This document shows, in pieces, positions 50,900 to 64,000 of a DNA stretch of 64,000 bases. A program made the translations under genes and the position numbers. Below the pieces are notes generated by a model that ran no database searches, was not told the DNA's origin, and saw only the letters and a program-made list of their open reading frames with translations. Source of the stretch: Adineta vaga (taxonomy: Eukaryota > Animalia > Rotifera). The stretch spans positions 9,858,001-9,922,000 of the forward strand of contig CP075495.1 of NCBI GenBank assembly GCA_021613535.1, written 5' to 3'. Each line of letters starts with the position of its first letter. The stretch's first letter is position 1.

Positions 50900-53022
50900 T
50901 TAGACTATTTCATGATTTGTTGAATCCATTTTGTTCATTGTTCCTAATAATCGAACACCACTATCTGAAGATTGTTTCAGATATTTGCGATTAGAATCAG
51001 TAGTTAGTTCATCTTTTTTAATAGGTAAAAACGTTCGTGCAGATATTTCACTTGTTGCTGATTGAAATCTATTTGTAGAGGTTCGATATGCAAAAAATTC
51101 ATCTTCAGCACGTTTAGCATCATTTTCACCATATTTCATTACATAGGTAGACCATAATTGTTCAAGAACTTCTTGAACAACGAAATCGGATGCATTAGCT
51201 GCTAATAAGCGTATGAAGAAATAACCATCAGCTTCAAGATACTCATTTAAGAATGCATTAATAAGTTTGTTTTGAACATGATCACCGACTTCAGCTGTAA
51301 CATATTTGTAATGGAAACGTAAACGTGGAATTTCTGGTCGTGATGCACGTGCAAGACGAGATTGAATAAAATCATACTGTTGTTGAGTATAACCAAGACG
51401 TATAGACCAAGAGATTAGTGCATATAGATTACATATCAATACGAAAATATACCAAATCCATAGTAATGTAAAAATTTGCTAAAATAAACAAAGAGAAAAA
51501 AGTATGTTTTGTAAACAGTAAGAAGAATGACATGATCGAATGAGAAAGTAAAAAATCTTTACTTATCTATGTAGATTTTTAAAATACTAACGTCATAAAA
51601 ATAAGAATTTTAGATACATATTTTTATCGTTTTACAATCAGTTAGAAAAACATATTCGAATAAAGCAGAAGAATTGGATAGTTACAAAATCGTTTATATG
51701 GGTTAATATTTGATTTATATACCTTCAGTTGTTTTCTACAATTAGTTTCAATAAGTACATAGTTATGAATAGTCATGATCATGTGGATCATATCAGATTT
51801 TCGAAAATTAATGTATAGTCATCATTCTTCATAACTTATTTTCAATCTTATAAAAGTAATTTTTATTTCTATCAACTAACTGCTGAAAAGGCTACTTTCA
51901 TCCTGTTGATTTCAACGTTAGTCTTCATCATCGTTATTATTTCTTTTCTTTGTAATTATACCTGATTGAAAAGATTCACAGTTAATACACATTGAACAGT
52001 AATTCTTTGTAATGGTTCTCCACCACGTAAAGGTTCACGAACATGAAAATCACAGAATGTTTCTCGAGGAAAATATATTGATTCTGGTTGATTGAGACCA
52101 AATCGAAATAATTTAACACTTTCAAAACCAAATTTTAAAAAGTTCGTTCCAAGAAAAAGGCCAAGTAACCAAATTTGTAACAAAACATTTAAGTATAATA
52201 AAGTCTAAAGAAAAATAAAAATTCGACGATATATAACACAAATTAGAAGTTGATTTTCTTCAGACATACTTGATAAATATATAAAGTGTAATGAAATAAT
52301 TTCCTAAGAATTTACCAGTTGCACAACAAATTAACTGAAAGAATTTTTTTAACAATGAAGTTTGTCGTTTTTCGGCATCTGCTTGTCGACGTGCATCATC
52401 AACATACATATCAATTGTATCAACCATATATTTAATCAATTGATCTCGATCATCAAAATCTTTGACTGTTCTTGTTTCACCAGCAGCTTCAATTATATCA
52501 AGAAGATCAATGCCTGATCGAACACTCAATGATCGCCAAAATAAACGTGGTAAATAAAAAAATAAAGCCATTAATAAGATGATAAATGGTGTCCATTGAT
52601 AATAATTTAATACACGAGTTTTCCTATTCATAAAAAAACAAAACAATGAGAATCTTTATAATTTATTCGAAACTTTTCTTTGAAATCTAACTCTTATAAA
52701 TATATATATATATTATAGAAATTAACCTGTCATTTATAGAATTTGGTATTGATTCATTGGAATCTAATCGATAGGTATTCGTAAGAAAACAAACATAATT
52801 TGTATATTTAATATAAGCAGAAGGAAAATTGGCTCGATTCCAACAAGATATTAATGATGATATGTTATTTGAATATAATCGTGATCCTGAGATAACTGAT
52901 AGTGCAATGAGCACATAAACAGTATATTTTCGATTTAAACGATCAAAATCGTCATCGTCGGATGGTTGAGTATGAAATAAAATTGTAATACAAAAAGTAA
53001 ACATATACAAATGATGATCCAT
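50900..53022 (-). CDS. Innexin (proximal first-exon isoform), 4 exons
   Basis: DDDFDRLNRKYT, ISCW...YTNYVCF, YYQWTPFI, FYLPRLFW, FPRETFCDF, VQCVLTVNLFNQQIF and YLEADGYFFIRLL: innexin signatures. Confidence 0.93.
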
Positions 53023-55021
53023 GGTCTGTGTTCTTTTTTTATTCTCGAATATGACTTGATAAGTAATAGAATAGAATAGAAAAGAAAAGACCTAATATTT
53101 GACAACAATGAACAACAAATAAGTGATATAAGCGACAGTACCAGATGGGAATTCCTCTCTGCTCTGTTACGTTTTATACTTATATTTTTTATTCAACGAC
53201 AATATTTATGTGTTAGTAATATTGCGAAGAATCGATCAATTGGGAGTTAAGAGAAAGTATTGCAATGAAGAAGAGAGTGATAGAGAGACAAGAAATTTGT
53301 TACATACAACTCAAGGACAATTTATATCAAATAGATTTTCTACTCTAACAAAAGCACATAATATTCAAAGATAAACGTGTTTAAAATGGCATTTTTTTCT
53401 CTTGACTCATGACATATACAAATACTTATTCAATAAATATTATGAGAATGAAAGAAAGAACAAGGAAAACAATAGAAATGATCAAACTATAAAGATTGAA
53501 ATATACGATAAACTGAAATATGCCGGAAAATCTATATCTTACGACCAAGTTGTTAAGAATTTCTTGAATGAAGGATAGTTTTGATCTTATTAGACTCTAT
53601 TCTATAATTTATATTCCATGCCATATGTCATTAAGAGTCATGTGTATTATCTATTGATGATTGTCTTTTATGAGTAGGAAGAAGAAAATTATCTGAACAG
53701 AAAAAAACCTTCTCTCTCTATTCGCTCTATTTTGTACTGTTATCATGAACATCTGACAAGGAAGTTAATTTAAATCATGAATATGAGAGAGAGAGTATTT
53801 TTTGTGGTTTATTATGCGAAACATCGAACGATTGAGTATCAGATATAAGAAGTCTAATAAAGGTTTGATTTAAAACCTATACAATAATACTTGTAGATAT
53901 CATCCTACTCTTTGAGTTAGAATGCCAGATGATATATATATATATATATATAATGTCAAAGTTATTTCTCAGAATTCTATTTTAATGATGATTCATGTAG
54001 TGGAAGTTAAGTTGATGAAGATAATTTTCATGCACAAGAGTTTTATTACAGGAAAGAACATTCTACGCAATAATTGCCAACAAGATTTCTTTCTTTTGTT
54101 GAATGTTAAAGTGGAAGTGTATAGACAATTATTTGATCTACTTTTAGCCACAAAAGAAATGTAAAATTTTCTTTTCCTAACATCATTCTTATTAATTGCA
54201 ACAATAAGTCAAATTCTATCAAAATCTTTAATCTGCTTCGTCTTTTATTGTTAAACATTACTATAGAAATTCTCTACGGTACATTTAAAAATCATAATTT
54301 GTTATTTTCATCCATTACTTATTCTAATCCCATATGGTTAGTATAGTACCAAGATAAAGGCAAGAGTTTTTACTATGAAATGTATTCCAGACTGAATAGT
54401 AAAAGAAAACGTTATTTCCATTCTCATAATTATACATTTTTCTCTCATGTAATTATTCCATAAAAATCAACAAACATGTTAGTCATCGGAAACAGAAATT
54501 ATTCATTTTGATGTTTTAGTTTTGTTAACAGTTGTACTAATTAGTTTCAAGGATGAAATTAACACTCTGCATTCAGAATATAAGAAAAGAAAATAATATT
54601 TATGTTCATTATACAGTACTAACATTCTTATATTTCACAAAAAAGTATTAATATTTGACATGGAACAACTGGTAGAATCCTTCAGATAGATATCAAGTTT
54701 CTTTTTACTTTACATCTCAAAGTTATTTGCATTATAACTTTTTATTAATACATGACTGAACAATAACTATTTTCAAAAGAATATGAATGATTAAATCCTT
54801 CGAAACAACACCAATAATAATTTTCTTTAATCAATCGCGTACTTTGCTTATATGAAAATAACTACGACATCATTATTCTTTCTATGTATTCTGAATGTCA
54901 CGTACACATTTAGTATAATAGAAATGAATTATATGCCTCAATTAAAACATTTTCTATCAAAATATAATCGTATAGAAAATAAGTACGAAATCTGACATTT
55001 TCTTTTCAAAGTTGTACTTAC

Positions 55022-55308
55022 CGTTCGTCAAAATTACTTGGTATTGTTTTATTTCTATCGATGAAATATGTTGATGATATATAACAGATTTGATTTGTAT
55101 ATTCAACATAGGGCTTAATAAAATTTGCTCGATTCCAACATTCAATTCGATCATCATCGAACTGTTTCGATGCCGTGATTGTCGAAAAGAGTATTAGTAA
55201 GGCAACAGTATATTTATAATTAATCATATCGAATCCATCATCATCCGAACGTAATGTTGATAAAAGCACCGTCGGTACAAGCGTTATTAAATAGAGTAGA
55301 TCGACCAT
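55022..55308 (-). CDS. Alternative distal first coding exon of the innexin (N-terminus, TM1, EL1)
   Basis: DDDGFDMINYKYT...IECWNRANF...YTNQICY ends at CG|gtaagt in phase 2, the same phase as the proximal exon (AG|gttaat at 52727). No other innexin exons were found between 53022 and 55020. Confidence 0.8.
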
Positions 55309-56884
55309 AATTATTTTATTTTGCTGTTGTTAGTTTAAATTATTTTTGTCTTCTAAGTTTCATCTAAACAAAACGAAATAGGATGTAACATATTGATTTG
55401 TATCATGGTCATATGTAAAGAATAGACAGCTTGAAAATGAGATACAGAAGGAGAAGAAAAAAATAACGGTCTTTTTCATAACGTTATGTCAAGTAACACT
55501 TGACTATAACATTTATCAACAAGTGAATCAATATTATTTTAGTCTTTTAAATTGAAATATCATAAAAAGCAAAAAGGAGATGTCTTACTGTTCATTTTTA
55601 TCTTAGTTAGAAAATGATTGTGATTAATTGCAAGCATATTATCTAATACAGAACAAAATAACAAACACACGTACGTGTACATACGACTTGCATCCCATTA
55701 ATTCTTGTGGCTTTACTATCCTTCTGAAGCGTCCTTTTTTTTCAGTATAAGGAAGAACGACAGTAGTAAAGAGCGAGAGAAGAAAAAAAGGAAAAAATGT
55801 CGAAGAAGGGAAAGAGAGAAATGTTCTTTTTACTATTGTATTTTGCCGTATCTAGGCATGTATTGATAGTATATATGTACGTCTATTCTCGTTTTAAAGC
55901 GAATATAATCGAAGAAAGAAAGCGAGAAGATGACTGAGAAGTAACCAGTAAGAAAGACATAAAGATGTGTCGTACTTTTACCTCTTTACTGATACTAATA
56001 CTAAGTTTCGTTATATATTGGACAAAAAATGAGATTGTTGAAAGTGGAATTACAATAATCGAATGAAATGAAATGTTATATGATAAGGATAAAAAACTAT
56101 CTTCATCCAAAATGACCTAAGAATACATAGAAATGATGTACAAAAATGCATGATAGAACTAAAATAGAAGAAAAACTGTCAATTATAACACTCTCCTCCG
56201 CTTTTGTTTGAATTCGATGCAATCAAAGATAATGAGCCATCAGAAAAATTGTCTTCTATAAGCAAAGCATAGAACATGCGGATGCCAGTTCCGAATGGTT
56301 TATTTGATCTTCTCGTCCTTCTTTGTACGAAAGGACTTACTGGACTATTCTTCCCACATTTCCTCTCATCTAATCTCAATAATATAATTCATAAGGTTAC
56401 GTCACTCTCTCTCTCTCTATATATATATATATGGTCCTTTTCTAAACGGAGATATTCCCATCTGTGTGACATAACAATTTCTACAATTGTTTCATTACAA
56501 TTGATGGCTAAGCTCATTGACAGCAGATATAAAATTCTTCGGATCAATAAAGATGAGAAACACAAAAAGAAAAAAAATGATTTATCATTTTATTCACCAA
56601 CTTCTCATTAACTGAATGGCAAAGAAAATCAATAAAATTCTAATATATCGGTTAATTACTTGAATTTTCTAATGACATTTTCTTCCAAATTTAGATGTCT
56701 TTTATTCATTGATCATTGTGAGATTCATAATAAGTAAGAAACAAAACAAGAGAGAAAAAAACACTAAGTTACAACTGAAATATCAAAAAAGAAAAAGAAA
56801 AAAGAGTGCATGACGTGAGCAGACAAGAACAACAGCAACGAAAAAAAAGCAAGGCATTTATTCATTTATATCTCTACTAATTTA

Positions 56885-59800
56885 TTACAAAGAACGTACA
56901 AGAATGTCACTGTGATTATCTTCTTCAGCAAAATCGTTACTTGTTGTATCATCAATTAAACGTAGTTGATAAGGTGAAGCAATTCGATTTGAATGATGAT
57001 GTAGTTGAGAATTACTTTCAGTCATGGAAGAGAAACAACCTGATGTTGATGAACGACATTCTCCAACATCGGAGCCTTCGAAGGATAGAGATGTTGGTGG
57101 CTCAATATGACTTAAAACACCATTAAGAACATGACGGGCCTAATCAATAGAATGAAACGTTGAGAAGAAAAATCCGAACAAGAAACTGTTTGTTTTACCG
57201 TTTCTGAAGATGTTTCATTGGAAAACCATATTGTTGGTTGTTCTCTATCTTTATCCAATAGGATATCATTCAAGCGAGAATGAATATCTTGAAAACTAAG
57301 TCGATTTTCTGGTATATAATGCCAACATGTTATCATCAATTCATATCTACGAAAGAAAGATCAGTTAAATATTGATTGTAAACAAAGGAAAATCCTTGCT
57401 ACAGCTTTAATCATCGAAAATTGCCATATTGATTGTATAGAATTGACTATACATCAAATTCGCTTCACCTTCGCTGACATTTTTTTGTATAGTTTTTCTT
57501 TTGATATCAAGTTAATGTTAGGAACAAATGTATAAACCTCTTAAAACGAAAAGAAAAGGTCGAAAGTACTATTAATATTCCTTCTAGTCAGTTTTTCGTG
57601 CACACGGCATGAATAATATGTTTTTAATATCATGTATAAAGTACTTGCAATGTTCTTTCTCTCTTTCTATAAAATTTCTACATTTACGAAGGTCACACAA
57701 CTTAATAAGATGTTGTTAAGTGTGATTATGACAAATAAATGAAACATTTATTTATCTTTTTGAGAGTTATTATTGATGCAACTTTTAAAGAAAGTTTTAC
57801 TTGTATCGACCTAATGTACAGTCTATTTGTATATAGAATGCTACTTAATCAGATCTTTGTTATTATATAATAGATGCAGAATTACGAAGAACATTTGTTC
57901 ACTGATTCCGATCTAACACAATTATACTATTAATCAAAAGCTAATCAAGAGTCAGTAACTGTCTCAAAACATCATCAATTCTCACGAATACATACAACGT
58001 TTGAGTACATTGTATTGGTTTTTGTAAAGTTCCTCGTGTTGTTGTAACTAATGAAATAACTTGTTGATTATTTAATGGTGAATATGGTACTTGACCTAAT
58101 GTAATAATTTCCCACATAACAATTCCAAATGACCTACAATATTTATATTTAATTTCGATATATCTTCTGATTTCATTCAAAATTTACCATATATCCGAAT
58201 GTGAAGTAAATAATGCATCTAATAAAGATTCGGGTGCCATCCATCGTACAGGTAAAAGTGCTTCACCTGTTTTTCGATAGTAATCTTGTTGACTTAACAT
58301 TCTTGCTAAACCAAAGTCGCCTATTTTAACCATCATTTTTCCATTGGTTTTATTTTCCAATGACGAAACAAGACAATTTCGTGCCGCCAAATCTCTATGA
58401 ATACAAAATAAACATTAACACTTCAATTCCACTTCAAAACATTGTACATACCTATGCACGTATGAGTTTTGTTCAAGATAACAAGCTCCATCTGCTATTT
58501 GTTTCGCAATATCTAAACAATCGTCATAAGATAATTGACATTGATTATCATTATCTTTTGTTGGTCTTGAACGTCTTAGATAATTTTGTAAATCTCCTTG
58601 ATTCATCAATTCAATGACAAGAAATTGTGGTTGATTATTATTTTGAAAACAAACACCAAGTAAATGTATTATATGTTCATGATTAAATTGATTCATTATA
58701 ATTGCTTCTTTAAGAAAATCAACACGTTGAGATGGTGAAGCTGTATTAAGTAATGTCTAGAAAATAATCATGAATAAAAGAGCATTACATGTTGAAAGAT
58801 GAAATCGTTTACTTTGATTGCAACTAATTGTTTCTCCATCATTGTTCCAGCATAAACTTCACCTAGAGATAAAGAAGAAACATTGAAGTAAAAAAATCTA
58901 AAAAGAAAATCATCGGACAAACCAAAAGCTCCTTTGCCAATTAATCGATCAAGTTTAATCATAGTTCGTTCAACGTTTGGTAATTTCGTTACATCAACAT
59001 TTGTTGGTGTATGACTAAAATATTTTTCAATTTAAAATCAATTTCATTGAAATCTATTATACTTACTTCCATGTATAAAGTATATTATCTTTTAATCCAG
59101 TCGGATGTGTTAATGATCGAAGATGTTCTAATTCTTTGTCAGAGATTTCACCATTTTGATAATATTTCTTTTTTAATTTACCATAGAGTTTTTTATTTCG
59201 TACTGAAAATAAAAATATTGAATTGCAACAAAGAATCGAACAAAAATAATTTTCTACTTACGATAACATCCAAAAAATAGAAAACCAAAAAGAAGAAGAA
59301 GTAAAAATGAAATTAAAATTGTAAAACTAACAATTTGATTGCTTGTATATGTACGTTGAATAGCTAAAGAAAATGAGATAAATTTAAATAGAAAATTTCT
59401 TTCACAAACCATCAATTTGTATGTTGATTTGTGAATAATTCTTTTCTTGTCGTCCATACCGATTACCCACATACAATCGAAAAGTTAAATTAGTCTTTTC
59501 AATTAAACTTTTGTTCAATTTGTAGAATGTCTGATTTCCGCTATAGACTATTGTCCAATTATGATTGAATCTACAGAGAAAAAAAAAAGAAAATTATCGA
59601 TTGAACATTCTATTGTATAATACGAGAAGAAATGTTCGATTGATTTTACAGACAATTCCTGTCTTTGGTGAAGGATACAAGATTAGAGGTGATGATAAGT
59701 ACCAGTCGTCTTTTGTCTTGACATTGTCATAAAGTATAGTCTAAACTCAATGTCATTAGCAAATACATAATGACAACGAAGATTCCGACTTGTTATTGTT

Positions 59801-61683
59801 AACGAACGCAATTTCATCATACTTTACATTCTTCTTCTTGTATTCATATCTCAATATCTACATTTTTTCGATAGATTTTCTTTGTTCAATTAATTATACA
59901 CATAGCATTGACAGTTATAGGATCGAGCTTACATAGATCTGTTCCCACTGGCATATTCTCGTTTCTTTTTAAAGGTCAACAGTCTCTTCGGGGAGTACTT
60001 ATTACTATATTAGAATCGTTCGATAGATCTAACGGAAGTGATTTATAAATCTCATCTAGCTTTTTCTCTATCAAAGTTATCAATATAGAAAAATCAATTT
60101 ACTTTGTTAGTAGTTCGTAGTAATAATCAGGACCAAGATAAGAGATATTTGTCGATGATTGTTTCCATAATAATGTTTGATTATTTTGAGAAAATGTTAA
60201 CAATACTGGTGTCTCATCTGGTAAACCACTCGTTGTTTGAAATGGAAAAATACGAGCATGATCATAGAAAACATAAGATGCTGATGTTGATGTTGTTATT
60301 GGACATGTTGCACGAATTGATAATGAATAATTTCGTTCAGGTTGAAGTTTATCAAATAGAAGTGAACATTGGCCATTTACGATATCCAAAAGAGAATTTT
60401 CTTTCTTATTTATATCACATTGACCACGAGCAGTGATTTCCTAAGAGAAATTTTTGAAATCCAACAAAACACTATTTGAAACAAGTTTCTATACTTACTG
60501 AATTGTGATAAACAATTGCTTTTACTTCAATATATGATGAACATAAATGACGTATTAGTACACGTATTGTTCGAGTTGAAATAGGGAAAATTTCAGTCGT
60601 GATTTGTTGTGGTGATTCAATAATAATAGGATGATCAATAATAGATTGTTTTTGATCATTTGAAAAGAATAATTGAATAAAACTTGTATAGTCAACAACA
60701 TTGTTTTCTTTCGATGGTAATTCAAGCGAAAATGCAATTGTTTTTGTTGTTAGTCGACCAAGATGAGAAATAACATTATTATCTAATGGTTTGACAAGAT
60801 GATGATATTGATATTGTTTTTCTATTTTGAAAAAATGATAATTTAATAACTAAACAAATGACTTGTCATTTTCATTCAATACTTACGATTAATGGAATAT
60901 GAAAGAGTGATATTTCCAAGAATTGTCGATCGACGAAGTTGAGATGGTATTGTAACAATATAGACAAGTATATGTGGAAGTAAAAATGCTTCGATGTGTT
61001 CAATCGATAGAAGATCTTCATTAGTTAAAATTTCAACTAAAATCAAATTTGAAAAATGGTTCATTATTCAAAGAACTTTGTTCGTTTCTACTTTGTTGAT
61101 TTGCTGCCAATGGAAGTGTTTGAAAAATATAAGTTGGTAAAACACGTGAATCTTTTTCATTCGATAATTTAATTAAAATTGAGTAATTTTTATGAGGAGC
61201 CAATCGATCAATTTGAAAAATATTAGTTTGAATATTCTATGGAAAAACAAAGGACACGTGGAAATTTCAGAGGAATGTTTGTTTCTGTATGATTTACTTC
61301 AATCGTTCTTTCGAGTTTGTTTGTTTGAATATTTGTTATAGCAACATCGATATGTACCGGTGGACATGTGACATCAGAAACATTATTTTTCAGTTGGATA
61401 GTTATTGAGGTTGAGGTTAATTGAACTTGTTCTATTTGACCGAATCCTTGTCGATGAATAGAACAGTATGATGATGAAGTAAAATGAGGATCTAGATGCA
61501 TCATTAGGTTTTCTTTTCTTTGAAGTGATTAGTTAATCGATCTTACTTGTTCGAACAAATTGTTCTTCACTATGAACAATTTCAAAGAAGATAAAAATCA
61601 CTAAAATCATAGAAGAAATTAAGAATCGAATGACGATTTTCAATTCGAAACGTACCGAAAAGGTGAAAACAACGAGTCATCAT
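56885..61683 (-). CDS. ROS1/Sevenless-like receptor tyrosine kinase with short FN3 ectodomain
   Basis: Spliced signal peptide [22 protein letters not shown]3 motifs [22 protein letters not shown] and WTIVYSG...[29 protein letters not shown]. Kinase [24 protein letters not shown] and [20 protein letters not shown], whose activation loop is ROS1-like. Confidence 0.88.
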
Positions 61684-63266
61684 TTGTATTGTTGATTGCC
61701 TAAAACAAAAAAATCATCGAACTTTCAATCAGGTTGTTCGTTCATGACACTCACTCTATTCTCTTCTTCACTCTCACACTACTGCTCTTTTGTACGGCAC
61801 CACATTCATTCATTTAATCGAGTGAATGAAAGAACTTCACTTCACCACTTATGGTGATTATGAAACAATAACGACACGATCGAACATATATACTACACAT
61901 ACTAAACAGACGCCATGCTCTCTATTTTCTTTTCTTTTCTTCTCTTTTTCTCTCGTCATCGTCGAGTGGAAACATGTAAAGAATCACAAAATACGGATTT
62001 ATACACACCTCAAACATTAACTACCATTATCACTTCGATTTCTTCTTCTTTATACTACTGTCTTTCTGTTCTTCTTCATCTTTTTTTCTTATACACTTAT
62101 AAAGATAATCAGTTGCATATTGAGAATGATGCTACTATAGTATACTGATGTTGTTGTGTGCGTAGATATGTTTATCCACTAAGCACCGCTTCTTTTCCCA
62201 ACACGTCATTAACGCCGTTTTCAAGTACGATCGAACGACTGTTATTGTTGTTTTTTTTTCTTCTTTTACGAAGGAAATATGTAGATCAATTACAGATTGT
62301 CTATATAATTATTTCGTCACAAAGAGAAACAGAAGTTCATCTCCAAAGTCAACCTTTCTATACTTTAGTTCTTTTTGTACAATGAAAATATTTGATCAAG
62401 ACAATAGATTGATATGAAAAGAAAAAAGGACGAATTCTTTCTAATTAACAAGAACCAGTTTGTCAATTGATCGAATCATGTAAATGAGACATGAATCGAT
62501 ATTGTTGATGTATACATGCATTTATATACTAGTGGAATAGTAATAGATAGAAGAGAGTAGTGGTAACGAAAAGCCAATTAACAAGAAGGAAAAGACACAC
62601 CATCTGGCAGTATCCCGATGATGAGAACAGGAGGATCATGTTATGATGATATATGAGCAAACAACAACTTTTATCATTTCTAAATGCACGAAGATCAAGT
62701 GAAGAAAAGAAAGAAAGAATACGTCAAGTCATTATCAACAATGAAAAGGGTCAGAAAAGCATCGTATAGTCTAGAAAATAAGACGTAATTCGAGCTTTCG
62801 AACTAGCCGATTGAACACATGTGTTTGCTTGTTCAGTAAGTCGTCTCAAGCATTATACAATATCTACATACCGTAAATGAAGAATGACATATATGATAGT
62901 AACAACAATGGATTTTACTAATCGACTCTGACAAGTAGTAGCAGTATTTCCTGTCGTCGTTATAGTTGTACTCTATCCATCTATCATTCAACGCAATGAC
63001 TGTTCATTAGAAGCTCTTTTTTTCCTCTCCTTTTCTTTTTGCTATGTCTTTTTTTATGATGTGCCTATGTGTAAACAAGCAACGATGATCTGTATCTGTC
63101 TTTTTACGTTAGTCGAAGTAGAGAAATATTGGAAGAAAAAGGAAGCTCAACCTTGGTACATATACAAAAGCCAGCAGTTACAGTGCCCAGTAACACATTT
63201 ATATTGATACAATCCTCATGTGTGACATTTTGTCAATTACAACATACTTTACAGTTTAGTACATAA

Positions 63267-63286
63267 ATATATATATATATATATAT
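63267..63286. repeat. (AT)10 microsatellite
   Basis: Direct reading of the sequence. Confidence 0.9.
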
Positions 63287-63959
63287 CGAAGTAGAAGAAA
63301 GTATACAAGGATTCTTTTAATAACTTTGATAATAGACTCATTTTCATAAATTAGAGAAAAACTAATTAAATAGATGGATAACAAATCACATACAGATGGA
63401 GTCAGATCTGATTCTTTTCATCCGAATAAGAAAATTGACACGATTACCTTGAACGTCGTCGATCTATGATTGTATCAATATGATAGAATTAGTCAAATAA
63501 CAGCACGGGTGTCAACATACGATGAAAATCCAAAGTGTCACTGAATATTGAGATACGACAGGACACAATTGTTAAAGAGAGAAAATGATATAACGATAAA
63601 ACTCCGCCCGTTCGGAAAAGAAATAACCAAATCGATGTTTCCACAAGAGAGAGACAGAGCAGTTGCACTCTATCAGCATCAACAAGAAAGAAATATAACA
63701 ACTGCTATTCTTTCTCTTGCTCTCTCTCTCTTTGTTCGTCTTCTTCTCCTTCTAACTAACTAACTAACTAGCAAGCAAACCATCAGCATATGCGTATATA
63801 TCAAAATGAGTCGAAAGATTGATCACTTTGAATACTCAGCATGATGTCTACAACTGATGATCATTATAAATCTAAGTTAGAAATCAAAACAAGAACAACA
63901 GTAATGTTCATCAAATATATTTCTAACATCGAAGAAAAACAATTTACCATTGATGAAGT

Positions 63960-64000
63960 TTATAATGATGTATCAACAGATTGAATTGCTGATGATTTAC
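63960..64000 (-). CDS. Possible last codons of a gene entering from beyond the window (…KSSAIQSVDTSL*)
   Basis: Minus-strand frame ends in DTSL*, a class I PDZ-binding motif, followed by about 2 kb of UTR-like low-complexity sequence. The evidence is very short. Confidence 0.35.
   Translation of the reverse strand, partial: KSSAIQSVDTSL

Noticed and set aside
55018-55308. Second, truncated innexin pseudogene
   Set aside because: The exon is intact, has a consensus GTAAGT donor and is phase-compatible with the shared exon 2, so an alternative first exon explains it better.
56179-56611. Overlapping ORFs upstream of the distal innexin exon
   Set aside because: No recognisable domain; includes CT/TA repeats; more likely non-coding 5' exon or promoter sequence.
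59572-60102. Apparent decayed or frameshifted RTK coding region
   Set aside because: It is a roughly 530-bp intron; the flanking exons join in phase 2 (…LLTK|FNHNW…).

Overview
This is eukaryotic, very AT-rich, gene-dense genomic DNA with many short (about 45-70 bp) GT-AG introns, so most ORF-track entries are single exons or antisense shadows. The compactness, intron sizes and gene families point to a bdelloid rotifer; this is an inference, not a database match. I reconstructed about 23 protein-coding genes by hand. In order: an N-acylated EF-hand protein (partial), a LicD/fukutin-family transferase, TMEM106, an unknown protein, a soluble tandem-domain tyrosine phosphatase head-to-head with two tandem Ig/FN3 single-pass receptor-like paralogs, an intronless secreted orphan, golgin-84, a DEG/ENaC channel, a small Cys-loop neuropeptide-like precursor, an ADAMTS protease, a small membrane protein absent from the ORF track, a coiled-coil protein, a fungal/plant-type amino-acid permease (HGT candidate), three GPI-like trypsins, an atypical opsin, SLC35C2 with TMEM26 nested antisense in an intron, CARMIL, an innexin with two phase-matched alternative first exons, a compact ROS1/Sevenless-like RTK, and a possible gene 3' end. 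The best leads are: (1) the ShakB-like innexin with alternative N-termini; (2) the opsin with the retinal Lys and both E113 and E181 but no DRY or NPxxY; (3) the possible 'split receptor PTP' locus; (4) the AstC-like cyclic peptide precursor. Three genes show apparent single-base frameshifts that may be assembly errors. I saw no transposon, CRISPR array, rRNA or tRNA. Exon boundaries were read by eye and may be off by a few bases.
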